From the NCBI GenBank assembly GCA_051362555.1, contig CM120640.1:9920001-9984000 (forward strand): 64,000 nucleotides of DNA, written 5' to 3'. Under the pieces are notes generated by a model. The model was not told the origin of the DNA. It did no database searches and saw only the letters and a program-made list of their open reading frames with translations. Both the position numbers and the translations under genes were made by a program. Source of the DNA: Lingula anatina. Lineage: Eukaryota > Animalia > Brachiopoda. Shown in pieces: positions 38,901-45,679 of the stretch. Numbering within the stretch: the first letter of the stretch is position 1; each line of letters starts with the position of its first letter.

Positions 38901-41156
38901 AGCTTCCCAACCAGCATCCGATTTGTCCGCCAATCTTATAAGCTTGTTACGTTTCTTAATTTGATCTATGGACCTTTTGAGTAACTGTCTTCCAGACTTC
39001 ACTTCCCCTTTCTTAAAGTAACTTTCTGCAATTTCAAGGTTTTCAAGTACTTCAGTGTTAAATTCAAATTGTTTTTTGTTTCCTTTGAACTTGAATTCAA
39101 TTTCATGGGATGACCTCAATTTTTTGTTTTCTGCTATATTTTTCTCGGACAGTTCTCTTTTTAATCCTTTAAACTTTTGATTCATATAGGATTTAAACAA
39201 ATTGAAAGTATCAGCAAGATTTGAGCCAACTTCACCTGGTATTTGTTGGCCACTCCCTTCATTTTCAAACTCTCCGCTCTCCTCGGTTGAGTAGTTTTTA
39301 TCCTCTTTGTTTGATGCTACACCCTCCGACTGTATCAACTCAGGTTCGCTCACCTCAGGCCTCTCAATTTCTTTCTCAGTATGTTCAGAATCTGACTCAA
39401 ACACTTTCTCTATCTTTTGTGATTTCCTACCCTTTGGCATACTAGACGTTTGAAATATGAAATTCAAGCTTAGGAAAACTGGAATGTCTGTACATTAGCG
39501 TAGCTCGACTTCGAATGATCGTTTCCCTTCCTCACGTGATCTGTTCACCTTTTGAATACAGCGCCCCCTGTACCTCCTAATAACCTTTCTCCTAAGACAC
39601 GTCATCGTTGACCCGTTAAACGACAATAAATACATATATGCTTATTACATCTGTTGTTTTCTGCGAATTGAGAAAGCAAACTTTTTTGCAAATTTTGTTC
39701 TGATGTTGACTGTTTCCTAATTCTTTGTAGCTCATGTCATAAGGTATGTTTGTAAGTCAAATAAATGTCATCATCTGTTTTGTAACCCATTTAATGGTTG
39801 TACATTGCAACCATTCCTGCAGATATATACAGAACAAAAAAAAAAAAAAAGAAATTATAAAGAAATTGAATTGAAATATATAAAATGCAAATCTTTTCAT
39901 CACAGATAGAGGAAGATGAGCCTAATGTGATGTGGCTGTCAGGGCTCCATATCCCAGAATCCTACCTGACAGCCCTGGTGCAGGCCACCTGTCGTAAGAA
40001 TGGCTGGCCCCTGGATAAGTCCACCCTGTACACCTCTGTCACCAGCTACCAGAACCCTGAGGATGTCACAGAAAGAGCTCATCAAGGTGAGGAGGGACAC
40101 TGGAGGACAACGGTGGTTGTCATCACGACGCATGATGTGACATGTGGTTTTTCTTAGATATTTAAAGATTCAAAATTTAAAACTTCTTTTTTTTTTCTTA
40201 TCTTTCTTGGAATTATTTTTTAAATAATACAACATATATTTGCAGAATTATCTCATCTTACAACATTTTTCCTATCTTTATATGAACTAGTTGGTAGAAT
40301 AAACATTGGCAGATTAAAAATTTTGACACCAATGAAAAATCTTTTGAAATTCATCTTTTAAAAAATCTCCTATTTGTCTTTGACAGGTTGTTTTGTCCAT
40401 GGTTTGTACTTGGAGGGTGCTGGCTGGGACATAGAGAAGGGATGTATTATCAGACAGAAACCAAAGGAACTGATCCAGGAGTTGCCAGTACTTAAAGTAA
40501 TCCCTATTGAGGCTCATAGACTCAAGTTACAGGTGAGTTTACCTGGAGTTTGTTTGTTTTAAATTTTGACCTTAAAAAAAAAAAAAAGAAAAGTTTTGGT
40601 TGGTGAATTAGAGAAGGGTGTCGTGTCTTTCTGTAAGTGAAAGTTGTTTGTACCTTCACAAAACATTTTTTCCTTCTTTTTAAAAAAAATTATTGAAGTG
40701 GAATGACAAAAATGTTCTTATAGGATTAGGATTATATATCACATTAGAGTAATCTTCTTATATCAAAGCTTTTGCTGTGGTGTGTACAAACAGTGAAATA
40801 AAATACTAAAATATCATGACTCGACCTCCTGCAGTGTAGCATGGTGCTAAATTTCTGTGACAAAATTGTGACCGTTCACCATGCTAATACTGATGAATAA
40901 ACTTGCTGGACAATGATGCTACCGTTGCATATTTCACCATAAATATTACTTTGTGAGGAGGTGTTTTTTCTGTAAAATTTTTTATTTAACGTGTGTTTTA
41001 TCCTTCCAGAACACCCTGCGTACCCCTGTCTACGTGACGTCAGAGCGCCGTAATGCCATGGGAGTGGGTCTTGTATTTGAAGCTGATCTCTTCACCACAG
41101 AGCACATTAGTCACTGGGTTCTACAGGGTGTGGCACTGTCTCTCAACACAGATTAG
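220..41156 (+). CDS. DNAH10: Axonemal inner-arm dynein heavy chain 10 (I1-alpha/f-alpha type); multi-exon (about 65-70 exons in window), 5' end upstream of window
   Basis: ORF fragments bounded by GT-AG sites join in frame and in dynein domain order: tail ([16 protein letters not shown]), linker, AAA1 [11 protein letters not shown]2 [11 protein letters not shown]3 [11 protein letters not shown]4 GVGGSGKQ, stalk, AAA5/6, C-terminus [24 protein letters not shown]. The GTSKT P3 loop and the C-terminus are recognised as DNAH10-type. First exons: 220-418, 618-734, 1022-1270, 1474-1650, 1851-2034. Confidence 0.93.
2709..2783 (+). CDS. DNAH10: Probable 75-nt cassette exon of DNAH10 tail linker ([25 protein letters not shown])
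   Basis: Upstream TACTAAC branch point and pyrimidine tract ending aaag; donor G|gtatgt; phase 1-1, open frame, multiple of 3, matching flanking exons ending 2034 and starting 4206. Confidence 0.6.
2884..2916. repeat. (ATTT)n microsatellite
   Basis: About 8 ATTT units read directly. Confidence 0.85.
3406..3444 (+). CDS. DNAH10: Probable 39-nt cassette exon of DNAH10 tail linker ([13 protein letters not shown])
   Basis: Acceptor ttttaacacattag, donor CAAG|gtagtg, phase 1-1, frame preserving, more GC/purine-rich than surrounding intron. Confidence 0.5.
13155..13289 (+). CDS. DNAH10: DNAH10 exon encoding AAA1 Walker A ([23 protein letters not shown])
   Basis: tttcag acceptor, AAG|gtaaga donor, canonical dynein P1 loop. 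Confidence 0.93.
15201..15319 (+). CDS. DNAH10: DNAH10 exon encoding AAA2 P-loop (GPTGGGKS)
   Basis: ttccag acceptor, AG|gtaagt donor; [26 protein letters not shown]. Confidence 0.92.
17087..17364 (+). CDS. DNAH10: DNAH10 exon encoding AAA3 P-loop (GDTGTSKT)
   Basis: ttgcag acceptor, CAT|gttagt donor; [11 protein letters not shown]...[16 protein letters not shown]. Confidence 0.92.
19380..19790 (+). CDS. DNAH10: DNAH10 exon encoding AAA4 P-loop (GVGGSGKQ)
   Basis: tttcag acceptor, CAG|gtaatt donor; [10 protein letters not shown]...[15 protein letters not shown]. Confidence 0.92.
21188..21421 (+). CDS. DNAH10: DNAH10 exon, stalk coiled-coil CC1
   Basis: [25 protein letters not shown] heptad-rich segment after AAA4; ttccag acceptor and AAG|gtgaga donor. 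Confidence 0.88.
25459..25862 (+). CDS. DNAH10: DNAH10 exon, AAA5 extension/buttress region
   Basis: [12 protein letters not shown]...GNMLDN...[13 protein letters not shown]...MYQYSL, typical dynein motifs; ttcag acceptor and G|gtaaga donor. Confidence 0.9.
27548..27886 (+). CDS. DNAH10: DNAH10 exon, start of AAA6 ([12 protein letters not shown]...SMGQGQ)
   Basis: Conserved dynein AAA6 motif; ttccag acceptor and AAG|gtaaac donor. Confidence 0.9.
29182..29229 (-). ncRNA. Decayed minimal type I hammerhead ribozyme motif (Penelope-like-element type), intronic, antisense to DNAH10
   Basis: Minus strand reads UUACUCC-CUGAUGA-UG-GUGACUG-A-CAGUCAC-A-GAAA-UAUU-GGAGGUAA: both core boxes, inverted-repeat stem II, palindromic AUAU stem III, and stem I CUCC/GGAG. 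Confidence 0.6.
29642..29771. repeat. 64-bp tandem duplication (2 copies) in DNAH10 intron
   Basis: tattttattatacagYgactgttggttttattacagggaaatcagtacatagacatgatttgtt starts at 29642 and 29706; a single T/C difference. Confidence 0.9.
32872..33039 (+). CDS. DNAH10: DNAH10 exon immediately upstream of the retrotransposon-containing intron
   Basis: [28 protein letters not shown]...QYTVW; donor TGG|gtaagt, phase 0. Confidence 0.9.
33684..33820 (-). repeat. Split direct repeat B2 (137 bp, element 3' terminus)
   Basis: Identical by eye to 34156-34292; carries AATAAA on the minus strand (plus tttatt at 33781). Confidence 0.93.
33996..34155 (-). repeat. Split direct repeat A2 (160 bp, internal)
   Basis: Identical by eye to 39476-39635; directly abuts B1. 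Confidence 0.93.
34156..34292 (-). repeat. Split direct repeat B1 (137 bp, internal)
   Basis: Identical by eye to 33684-33820. Confidence 0.93.
34458..35471 (-). CDS. Tyrosine recombinase (phage-integrase family) of the DIRS/PAT-like element; probably a spliced 3' exon
   Basis: Catalytic set intact: FSGFLRYSE (R), KSKTD (K), HSLRAGGAS (HxxR), HGRW, GYIK (Y). The ORF-track start at 35483 is a TTG lying within a pyrimidine tract ending tacag. Confidence 0.92.
   Translation of the reverse strand, partial: VFQSGVWTELKDFNNATLRRLGKELPSIVLKSRADNTVKKYTYIFQKWKNWAGKFTEVNIFPASTNHIALYMLSLIQQESKPGAIQDVKYALKWVHDIAGITRNPCDNALISNIVEAAKRLSCNRTIKKEIVTSEMLNKLVKRFAKSNASLPDLRDVCICLLSFSGFLRYSEVSSIRRTDIIFKNSYFEVFIEKSKTDIYRDGSNVLIARTGKTSCPYAFLQRYLRAADIEEDSEKYIFRSVKYLKKSGKHVLKDTGKLSYTRMRETVLQKFEELGFDKSKFGLHSLRAGGASAAANCGIKERLFKKHGRWKSDKAKDGYIKDNILQRMSVSLNLGI
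35695..36600. repeat. Tandem array of about nine ~94-bp units, each with a hairpin core, between pol and YR
   Basis: Core tgtcaatcctgact (or variant) at about 35715, 35815, 35909, 36002, 36097, 36190, 36285, 36380, 36474, with a related copy at 36580 inside the pol 3' end. Confidence 0.9.
36563..38785 (-). CDS. Pol: reverse transcriptase + RNase H + C-terminal DNA N6-adenine methyltransferase-like domain
   Basis: RT: [25 protein letters not shown]. RNase H: FSDAS, SSTWREL, YTDNQNV, WIPR..NEKAD. MT-like: HTVDRFA...RFNSR...DAF..NW...VPPV...GTLVVPSW....FWP. Confidence 0.93.
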   Translation of the reverse strand: MSVNVGLVFIIAIPICLFNIQPQPIFQVQGHSKGFFEPKEVNRPSMTSVLDVDNTVTGEQNAPNLTSKSSHTFKTTRNRTQATTATHRSAVNKTDTTLKDKYNSDNVKGRLKKNVAFWESIRANTYVLDVIKQGYVIPFINTPPKMIMKNKKSALDNKDFVEKSISDLLQSGRIKEFKGIPQVVNPLTVAINGKKKRLVLDLRCVNPYIWKESIKFEDTRIALQYVNSKGFAFSFDLKNGYHHIDIVESQQEFLGFSWVVQGKIKYFVYTVLPFGISSAGYIFTKVLRCLVKHWREWSIPIVLYLDDGFGFSDDFEMCKKYSDKVRGDLKKSGFVVNNEKSIWRPVQEIDWLGIHWNLIQGTISITEKRVSELKNDIRKLMQNINMTSARELARITEKIISMSTVIGDISRLMTRNMYNAINDRNSWDECKNFRSNTEILNELHFWLSNIHCLNKRHLFLNEIPKILGFSDASDYACGAYLVRCQSDICHKMWSDEEKEKSSTWRELKAITIALQAFIKVIKRSKIGWYTDNQNVVRIIQAGSMKHDLQHLALQIYHLCTCHEISLTVNWIPRSKNEKADYISKLVDIDDWEVESSFFEFLDKKWGPHTVDRFANFENTKTNRFNSRIWNPNTEATDAFLQNWQHENNWIVPPVGLVPKAINHLLNCKAKGTLVVPSWKSAAFWPMIFDRDMKWKMYIKDVLIFGNKGIFKQGKNKQSYIGSQKFKDKVLAVRIDGETGF
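38508..39440 (-). CDS. Gag-like ORF1 with a single CCHC zinc knuckle
   Basis: ATG at 39440 (MPKGRKSQK) just after repeat A1; [13 protein letters not shown]...[32 protein letters not shown] core; knuckle [14 protein letters not shown]; overlaps pol by 278 bp. Confidence 0.88.
   Translation of the reverse strand: MPKGRKSQKIEKVFESDSEHTEKEIERPEVSEPELIQSEGVASNKEDKNYSTEESGEFENEGSGQQIPGEVGSNLADTFNLFKSYMNQKFKGLKRELSEKNIAENKKLRSSHEIEFKFKGNKKQFEFNTEVLENLEIAESYFKKGEVKSGRQLLKRSIDQIKKRNKLIRLADKSDAGWEAVEEYQSDDLADDSEDEKKIRSAQIRANRKLRQKKQKRNNVGQRRSGVYNSYSNMPVQYTASANFSGSGPFKRLFRAKRSQPSKYDQCFGCGQYGHWRAECSKFNQQKQSYFQNNTEPNPSYYSYAQVGSQ
39476..39635 (-). repeat. Split direct repeat A1 (160 bp, element 5' terminus)
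   Basis: Identical by eye to 33996-34155. Confidence 0.93.
39906..40086 (+). CDS. DNAH10: DNAH10 exon immediately downstream of the retrotransposon
   Basis: [37 protein letters not shown]; phase 0 acceptor cacag continues exon 32872-33039 in frame. Confidence 0.9.
41010..41156 (+). CDS. DNAH10: DNAH10 terminal coding exon
   Basis: [51 protein letters not shown]. Confidence 0.92.
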   Translation, partial: NTLRTPVYVTSERRNAMGVGLVFEADLFTTEHISHWVLQGVALSLNTD

Positions 41157-41912
41157 ATTAATACAGAATATGGGACGTACTTTGCTGAATTCAGATTACA
41201 TTTCTGTAGAAAATGGAACATTCCTTCACAAATTCAGAGTGAAAAACAGAAAACGGAGGAAGCATTCTTTCTCAAGAATTTCTCAGTTGCTTCAGAGAAT
41301 ATCCCTCTGCCATTTTGAAAGTGGGAAAGTAGACCATCAGAGGAAACAGAATTAAACTGTCATAGCCCTGTTTAATTAAAAAAGCAGAAACCTACTCAGA
41401 CTCAGAATAACAAACTGTGATTGTAACGAACTGGGATTCTTTCTTTCTATAAAACCGTCCAAATATAACTTATTACAAAATAGATTTGTTTAAAAAACCG
41501 TCCAGGTATTTTTTCATAAAAGATTTTAAATTTTATTTCATTGCCAAAATATATATTTGTTTTACAATAGTAATGTGAACTTTTGATAGATTCCGTCCAC
41601 GTTTTGTTTATTGGCACGTATATTTATAAAAGTTCAATATATGGTCTATTTTAACCAATATTTGCCGTGTTATAATTTAACAACTGTTAGCGACATCTGT
41701 GATAAATATTGTACAGAGAGACTTGAATTTACATTGTTGTGAGTTTATTTATGTGAACTCTATTTCATTTATCTATTCTTAAAAGAGTATTTCTGTATGA
41801 TAATTTCAAATTAAAAAAAAATAGTAACTTTGTATTTTGCTACATTATGGTATAATTTTTGCAGTGGAGTACACGAATCCTTGTGGACTTTCACTACTTG
41901 TTAAAGATAAAA

Positions 41913-41960
41913 AATAAAAATATGTATATAACTTGTCTGTTGCTTGCTTCTTTTTCTTTT
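41913..41960 (+). terminator. Candidate DNAH10 polyadenylation signal
   Basis: AATAAA at 41913-41918 followed by a GU/U-rich tract (cttgtctgttgcttgcttctttttctttt). Confidence 0.45.
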
Positions 41961-44770
41961 AAAGGGTAGACAAATGCGGTATTTTTTATTTTATTTTATT
42001 TTTAATGTTTGTTATCGGAAGATAAAAGTAGATACGGCATATAAACAATGCTTGATTTGAATTTTTAAACAGTTTTTGAGAATAATTAACGTGCCCGTTC
42101 TGTATCAAAACGTCCAATTCCACTCCCAAGAGGTCTGTATTAGAACCCCATATAATCATAGCGTGTATAAAGCCAGAAGAGAGAATTGCATTAAATTTGC
42201 GTCTTTATCCTTTTCCAATATTGTCACACCTGCACATAATGAAGCAAATAGTCATTTATTTGGCAGAATATGCTATATTTAACCGCGAGATGACCCCTCA
42301 ATTGGCCAACACAACCAGTTCAGGTGAATAACTTCAACAACTAGGCACCTTATCATAAGCAGGATTTATTTGTCAAACGTTTGGTTTTAATAACTTTGAC
42401 CGTCTCAAACATGAAACCATTGGGTCATTAAGTTCTGAAAAGCAGAGATTAATAGAGGTCTTTCCGGCATAAAGACATGCTGTTTGCAGCATAGCTGTTT
42501 TTTCAGCGAAGAGGTTTACCGACCATGGTCGTGTAATGCGTCAGTGTTTTTACTGGAAGCTCAAACCGGTGGAAGAACAACAAATACGGTTCGGGTTATG
42601 ACATGTTGGTTTGCATTGTGACAATAAGAGAAATTGAGATCTGGCTGTTCTCGTGTGGCAAAGCATACATTTGTATTGTTAGTTATTAGCCGGTATTGAT
42701 ACCGTACCCCAATATTAGCACTAAGAACTGAGCTAAAATACAAAATAAATACTTGATTTTTCTCTGCCGCGAGCGACCCGTTGTGGTAGACCCAGGCGTT
42801 ATTTAACCAGTCTTATTTGCTTCAGCCGTAAGCCCTTTAATCATCTCCGAAATAATCACACACCTGTATTTAGAAGGTAACGCAAGCGGTGTCTTGTTGC
42901 AATTGACCATAATATCATGAGTTCCGTATTATAATTTTTGAAGAACTGTATTCTTAAGAACATGCTTTTAATTCATTTTGATAATGCTCTTTCCAATCTT
43001 ATGGAATACGGTGGTTTTATGATTTGGGTCTAAGAGGATCTTTAAGTTTGCATCTTATCTTATAAAGAGGGTAAACGTGAAAGGGTTTTCGTTTTTTATA
43101 TTAGCTCATACTTATTGTAATTTATTGAATAAATCTGCCATTGCTTTGACAATAAATAAATTATTTTAAAAACACAATAATGATGGTTTTCTAAGGGCGT
43201 GTGAACTTATTCTATATCAGATGCAGATCTACATCATAGTACTTTTTGGTACGTCTCCAAGACATAGTAAGGGGCAAAGTTCATCCTGATCAAACCGATT
43301 CGATCTGGCTCGAAAACTCTTCCTTTTTCTCAGATTATGGCGGTGACTTCAAACGTTAAACTTGTTGATTTAGCAGTGATATAAGTACGTCCACGTCACC
43401 AATTGATCATCTCAAGTTTTCTTTGTTCTTCCCAGACAGATTTTAATCTTACTATAATAGCTCACCGGGCAGTTGAAATCAAGCTTATAACACGGGGTGT
43501 AAAGCAAGTTAAAGGAAGCATGCACGAATGCGGTGGTTATCCAGCCTATTTCCCAGGAGTAATTGCAAAATGGCCAAAGTTGGATTGCATTATAATTGCA
43601 TAATGAAATGTTAACGATATTGACAAACTATCTTTTCACTTATTAAAATGTTCCATTGATATAATGTGGTTTTCTCATCGCTAACAAAATATTGATTTTT
43701 TTAAAGTCGAATACAGTACAGAATGGGACGTCACCCTGTCGGCTATTGACTCGCATACATAAATAATTATTTTTTCATTCGAATTTTTTCTTAATTTGCA
43801 TTGTGTCTCGAATTTTATTGTTAATTTGTATTGTGTCTCCTGTAGCCTAAGCTAAGGTATTGATTTTCCTGGCAGGGAAATAAACATGAAGGTAAACACG
43901 GCTGAGGCTCTCCTATCAATCATGCATTGTTGTTTTTTCAAATTGCTTACTGTAGGTCCTAGAATCCCATGCATCTAATAGACTCCAATTCCTCGGTAGG
44001 CATGTATATTGAAGCTACATTATAATGCGTATTTCTCTGAGCAAATATTTTGTTATGGGATTGCTATTGATTTTCTTTTTCTGTTAGATTACGCCAACCC
44101 GCGGGGGACTGATTACGTTCTAGACCAAGGTATGAAGACGAGCTGTTCGTTAAACTGTACAAATGATTTTCTGACTGATAAGATCCAGATCCCATTACAT
44201 CTTAAAGGCATGTTATGATAATTATTTCAATGGGATCAAGGTTTTGCACATTATTCAAGATTGAGTCTGAAAATGAATTAATAAAATTTAATGACAACAG
44301 TATAATTCATCTTCACTTTTAAACTGGCAGTGGTTCTAACAGACGTTTCAGCATTGGTTTCCTTCGCAACAATTCATTCTCACTTTATTAGAACTCTGAA
44401 CTTGGAAATAAATAATTCACACTACATTTAATTAAAATACTCTTCAAGCATCCACTCTGTCATTTAAGAATTGATAAGAGGATGATATTTTTTGTAATGT
44501 AAAAAGAACGTTGATTTAAACATTTGGGCCAAAGGTCTTCCTCAGGATTGTTTTTTCCTCACTGCCTCTTTGACTGTTCAACAATCCAAATAATTTGGAT
44601 CATTCAGTGAAATAACTACTTCTATAAGTATTCAGTAACGTTTAATGCTGTAAACGCGCACTGAAAATGTACCTTCTTTTTTTTAAATATGAATCGTCAT
44701 AAATAACTATATCACAGAATGCTTTGACTGTACCGGTATATTATCTTTATCATGGAATGTTAATATATTT

Positions 44771-45679
44771 TTAGTAGCACACTGTTCTTGGCCGCCGCAA
44801 TTTTCTATTTTGACCATATTCCTTCGGAACGTTCTGCTTGATTACATCGCTCCCAATGTTGATTTTTGTGATTGAAGCGGACTGGACCTTTCTTACGGCT
44901 ACTTGTTTTTTCCGAGGTCTGAAACCTTTTCGTCTGCTGGCGAAATCGTCTTTATCCGAATTATCGCTGTCAGAGTCATGTTTTACTTTTTCTCCTTTGT
45001 CTTCTGATTCCCTACGCCACTTTTTCCTCATATCAGCAGGAAGACTGAGAGTGATATACCGTCTACAATAGACGGGCGCATCACTGCTTCGACGGCGAAC
45101 GTCAGCACTTTTGCTTCTCGTCTGCTTTGCTGCATTTGACGGCTGATTTGTTACCGTGTAGGCACAACGGACGCCGTCTGGAACGGTGTACCGAAATTTG
45201 TCCTCAATCATCTGCTTTCTTCTCTCTGAGTTCTCCTTGACTCTTCTGGCAGTATTCCGTATCACAAGTTCCTCCTGTCTGGACTTTTGGGCTCTTAACT
45301 GAGATTCTATCTTATTGACATCTACTATCTCTCGCACCGGTGGCATCACCGTGACACGGCCAGGTAATGGAGCGGACTGAACTCTTTGCGTTTCTTTCTC
45401 ATCGACCACGTCTTTTTTAGTGGTATTCGTCCCATTTTCTATGATTTCGCGCTCATACGTAGTTAACAAGTCCTCATAGGGATAACTGGTGACTTCATCA
45501 TTGAAGGATACCCTACGGTTTAACTGGCGGGATATCTGACGGATTTCACTTTCCCCTTTGTTTGTATCACCTTTCTTCTTCTCTGTTTCTTCTTTCAGTT
45601 TTCTCTCAGCGGCTTTCATTTCTTCTAAAACAGCCTCAAATTCCGCAGACGCGGATCTTGGGCTTAATAAAGTTGCCAT
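44771..45679 (-). CDS. Orphan 302-aa charged, largely disordered protein with coiled-coil segments
   Basis: 909-bp ATG-initiated ORF in AT-rich DNA with coding-like composition; RRVSF (RVxF-type), RVQSAP, RSKSAD motifs; no family recognised. Confidence 0.7.
   Translation of the reverse strand: MATLLSPRSASAEFEAVLEEMKAAERKLKEETEKKKGDTNKGESEIRQISRQLNRRVSFNDEVTSYPYEDLLTTYEREIIENGTNTTKKDVVDEKETQRVQSAPLPGRVTVMPPVREIVDVNKIESQLRAQKSRQEELVIRNTARRVKENSERRKQMIEDKFRYTVPDGVRCAYTVTNQPSNAAKQTRSKSADVRRRSSDAPVYCRRYITLSLPADMRKKWRRESEDKGEKVKHDSDSDNSDKDDFASRRKGFRPRKKQVAVRKVQSASITKINIGSDVIKQNVPKEYGQNRKLRRPRTVCY

Larger units (their letters stand above)
33684..39635 (-). mobile_element. Full-length tyrosine-recombinase retrotransposon (DIRS order, PAT-like: split direct repeats plus MT-like domain), antisense in DNAH10 intron 33040-39905
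   Basis: On the minus strand: repeat A1, gag, RT/RNaseH/MT, tandem array, YR, B1, A2, 175-bp spacer, B2. No LTRs, protease or DDE integrase. All three ORFs uninterrupted; repeat pairs read identical. Confidence 0.93.

Noticed and set aside
43779-43838. Imperfect 30-bp tandem duplication
   Set aside because: Ordinary slippage repeat with no further structure.
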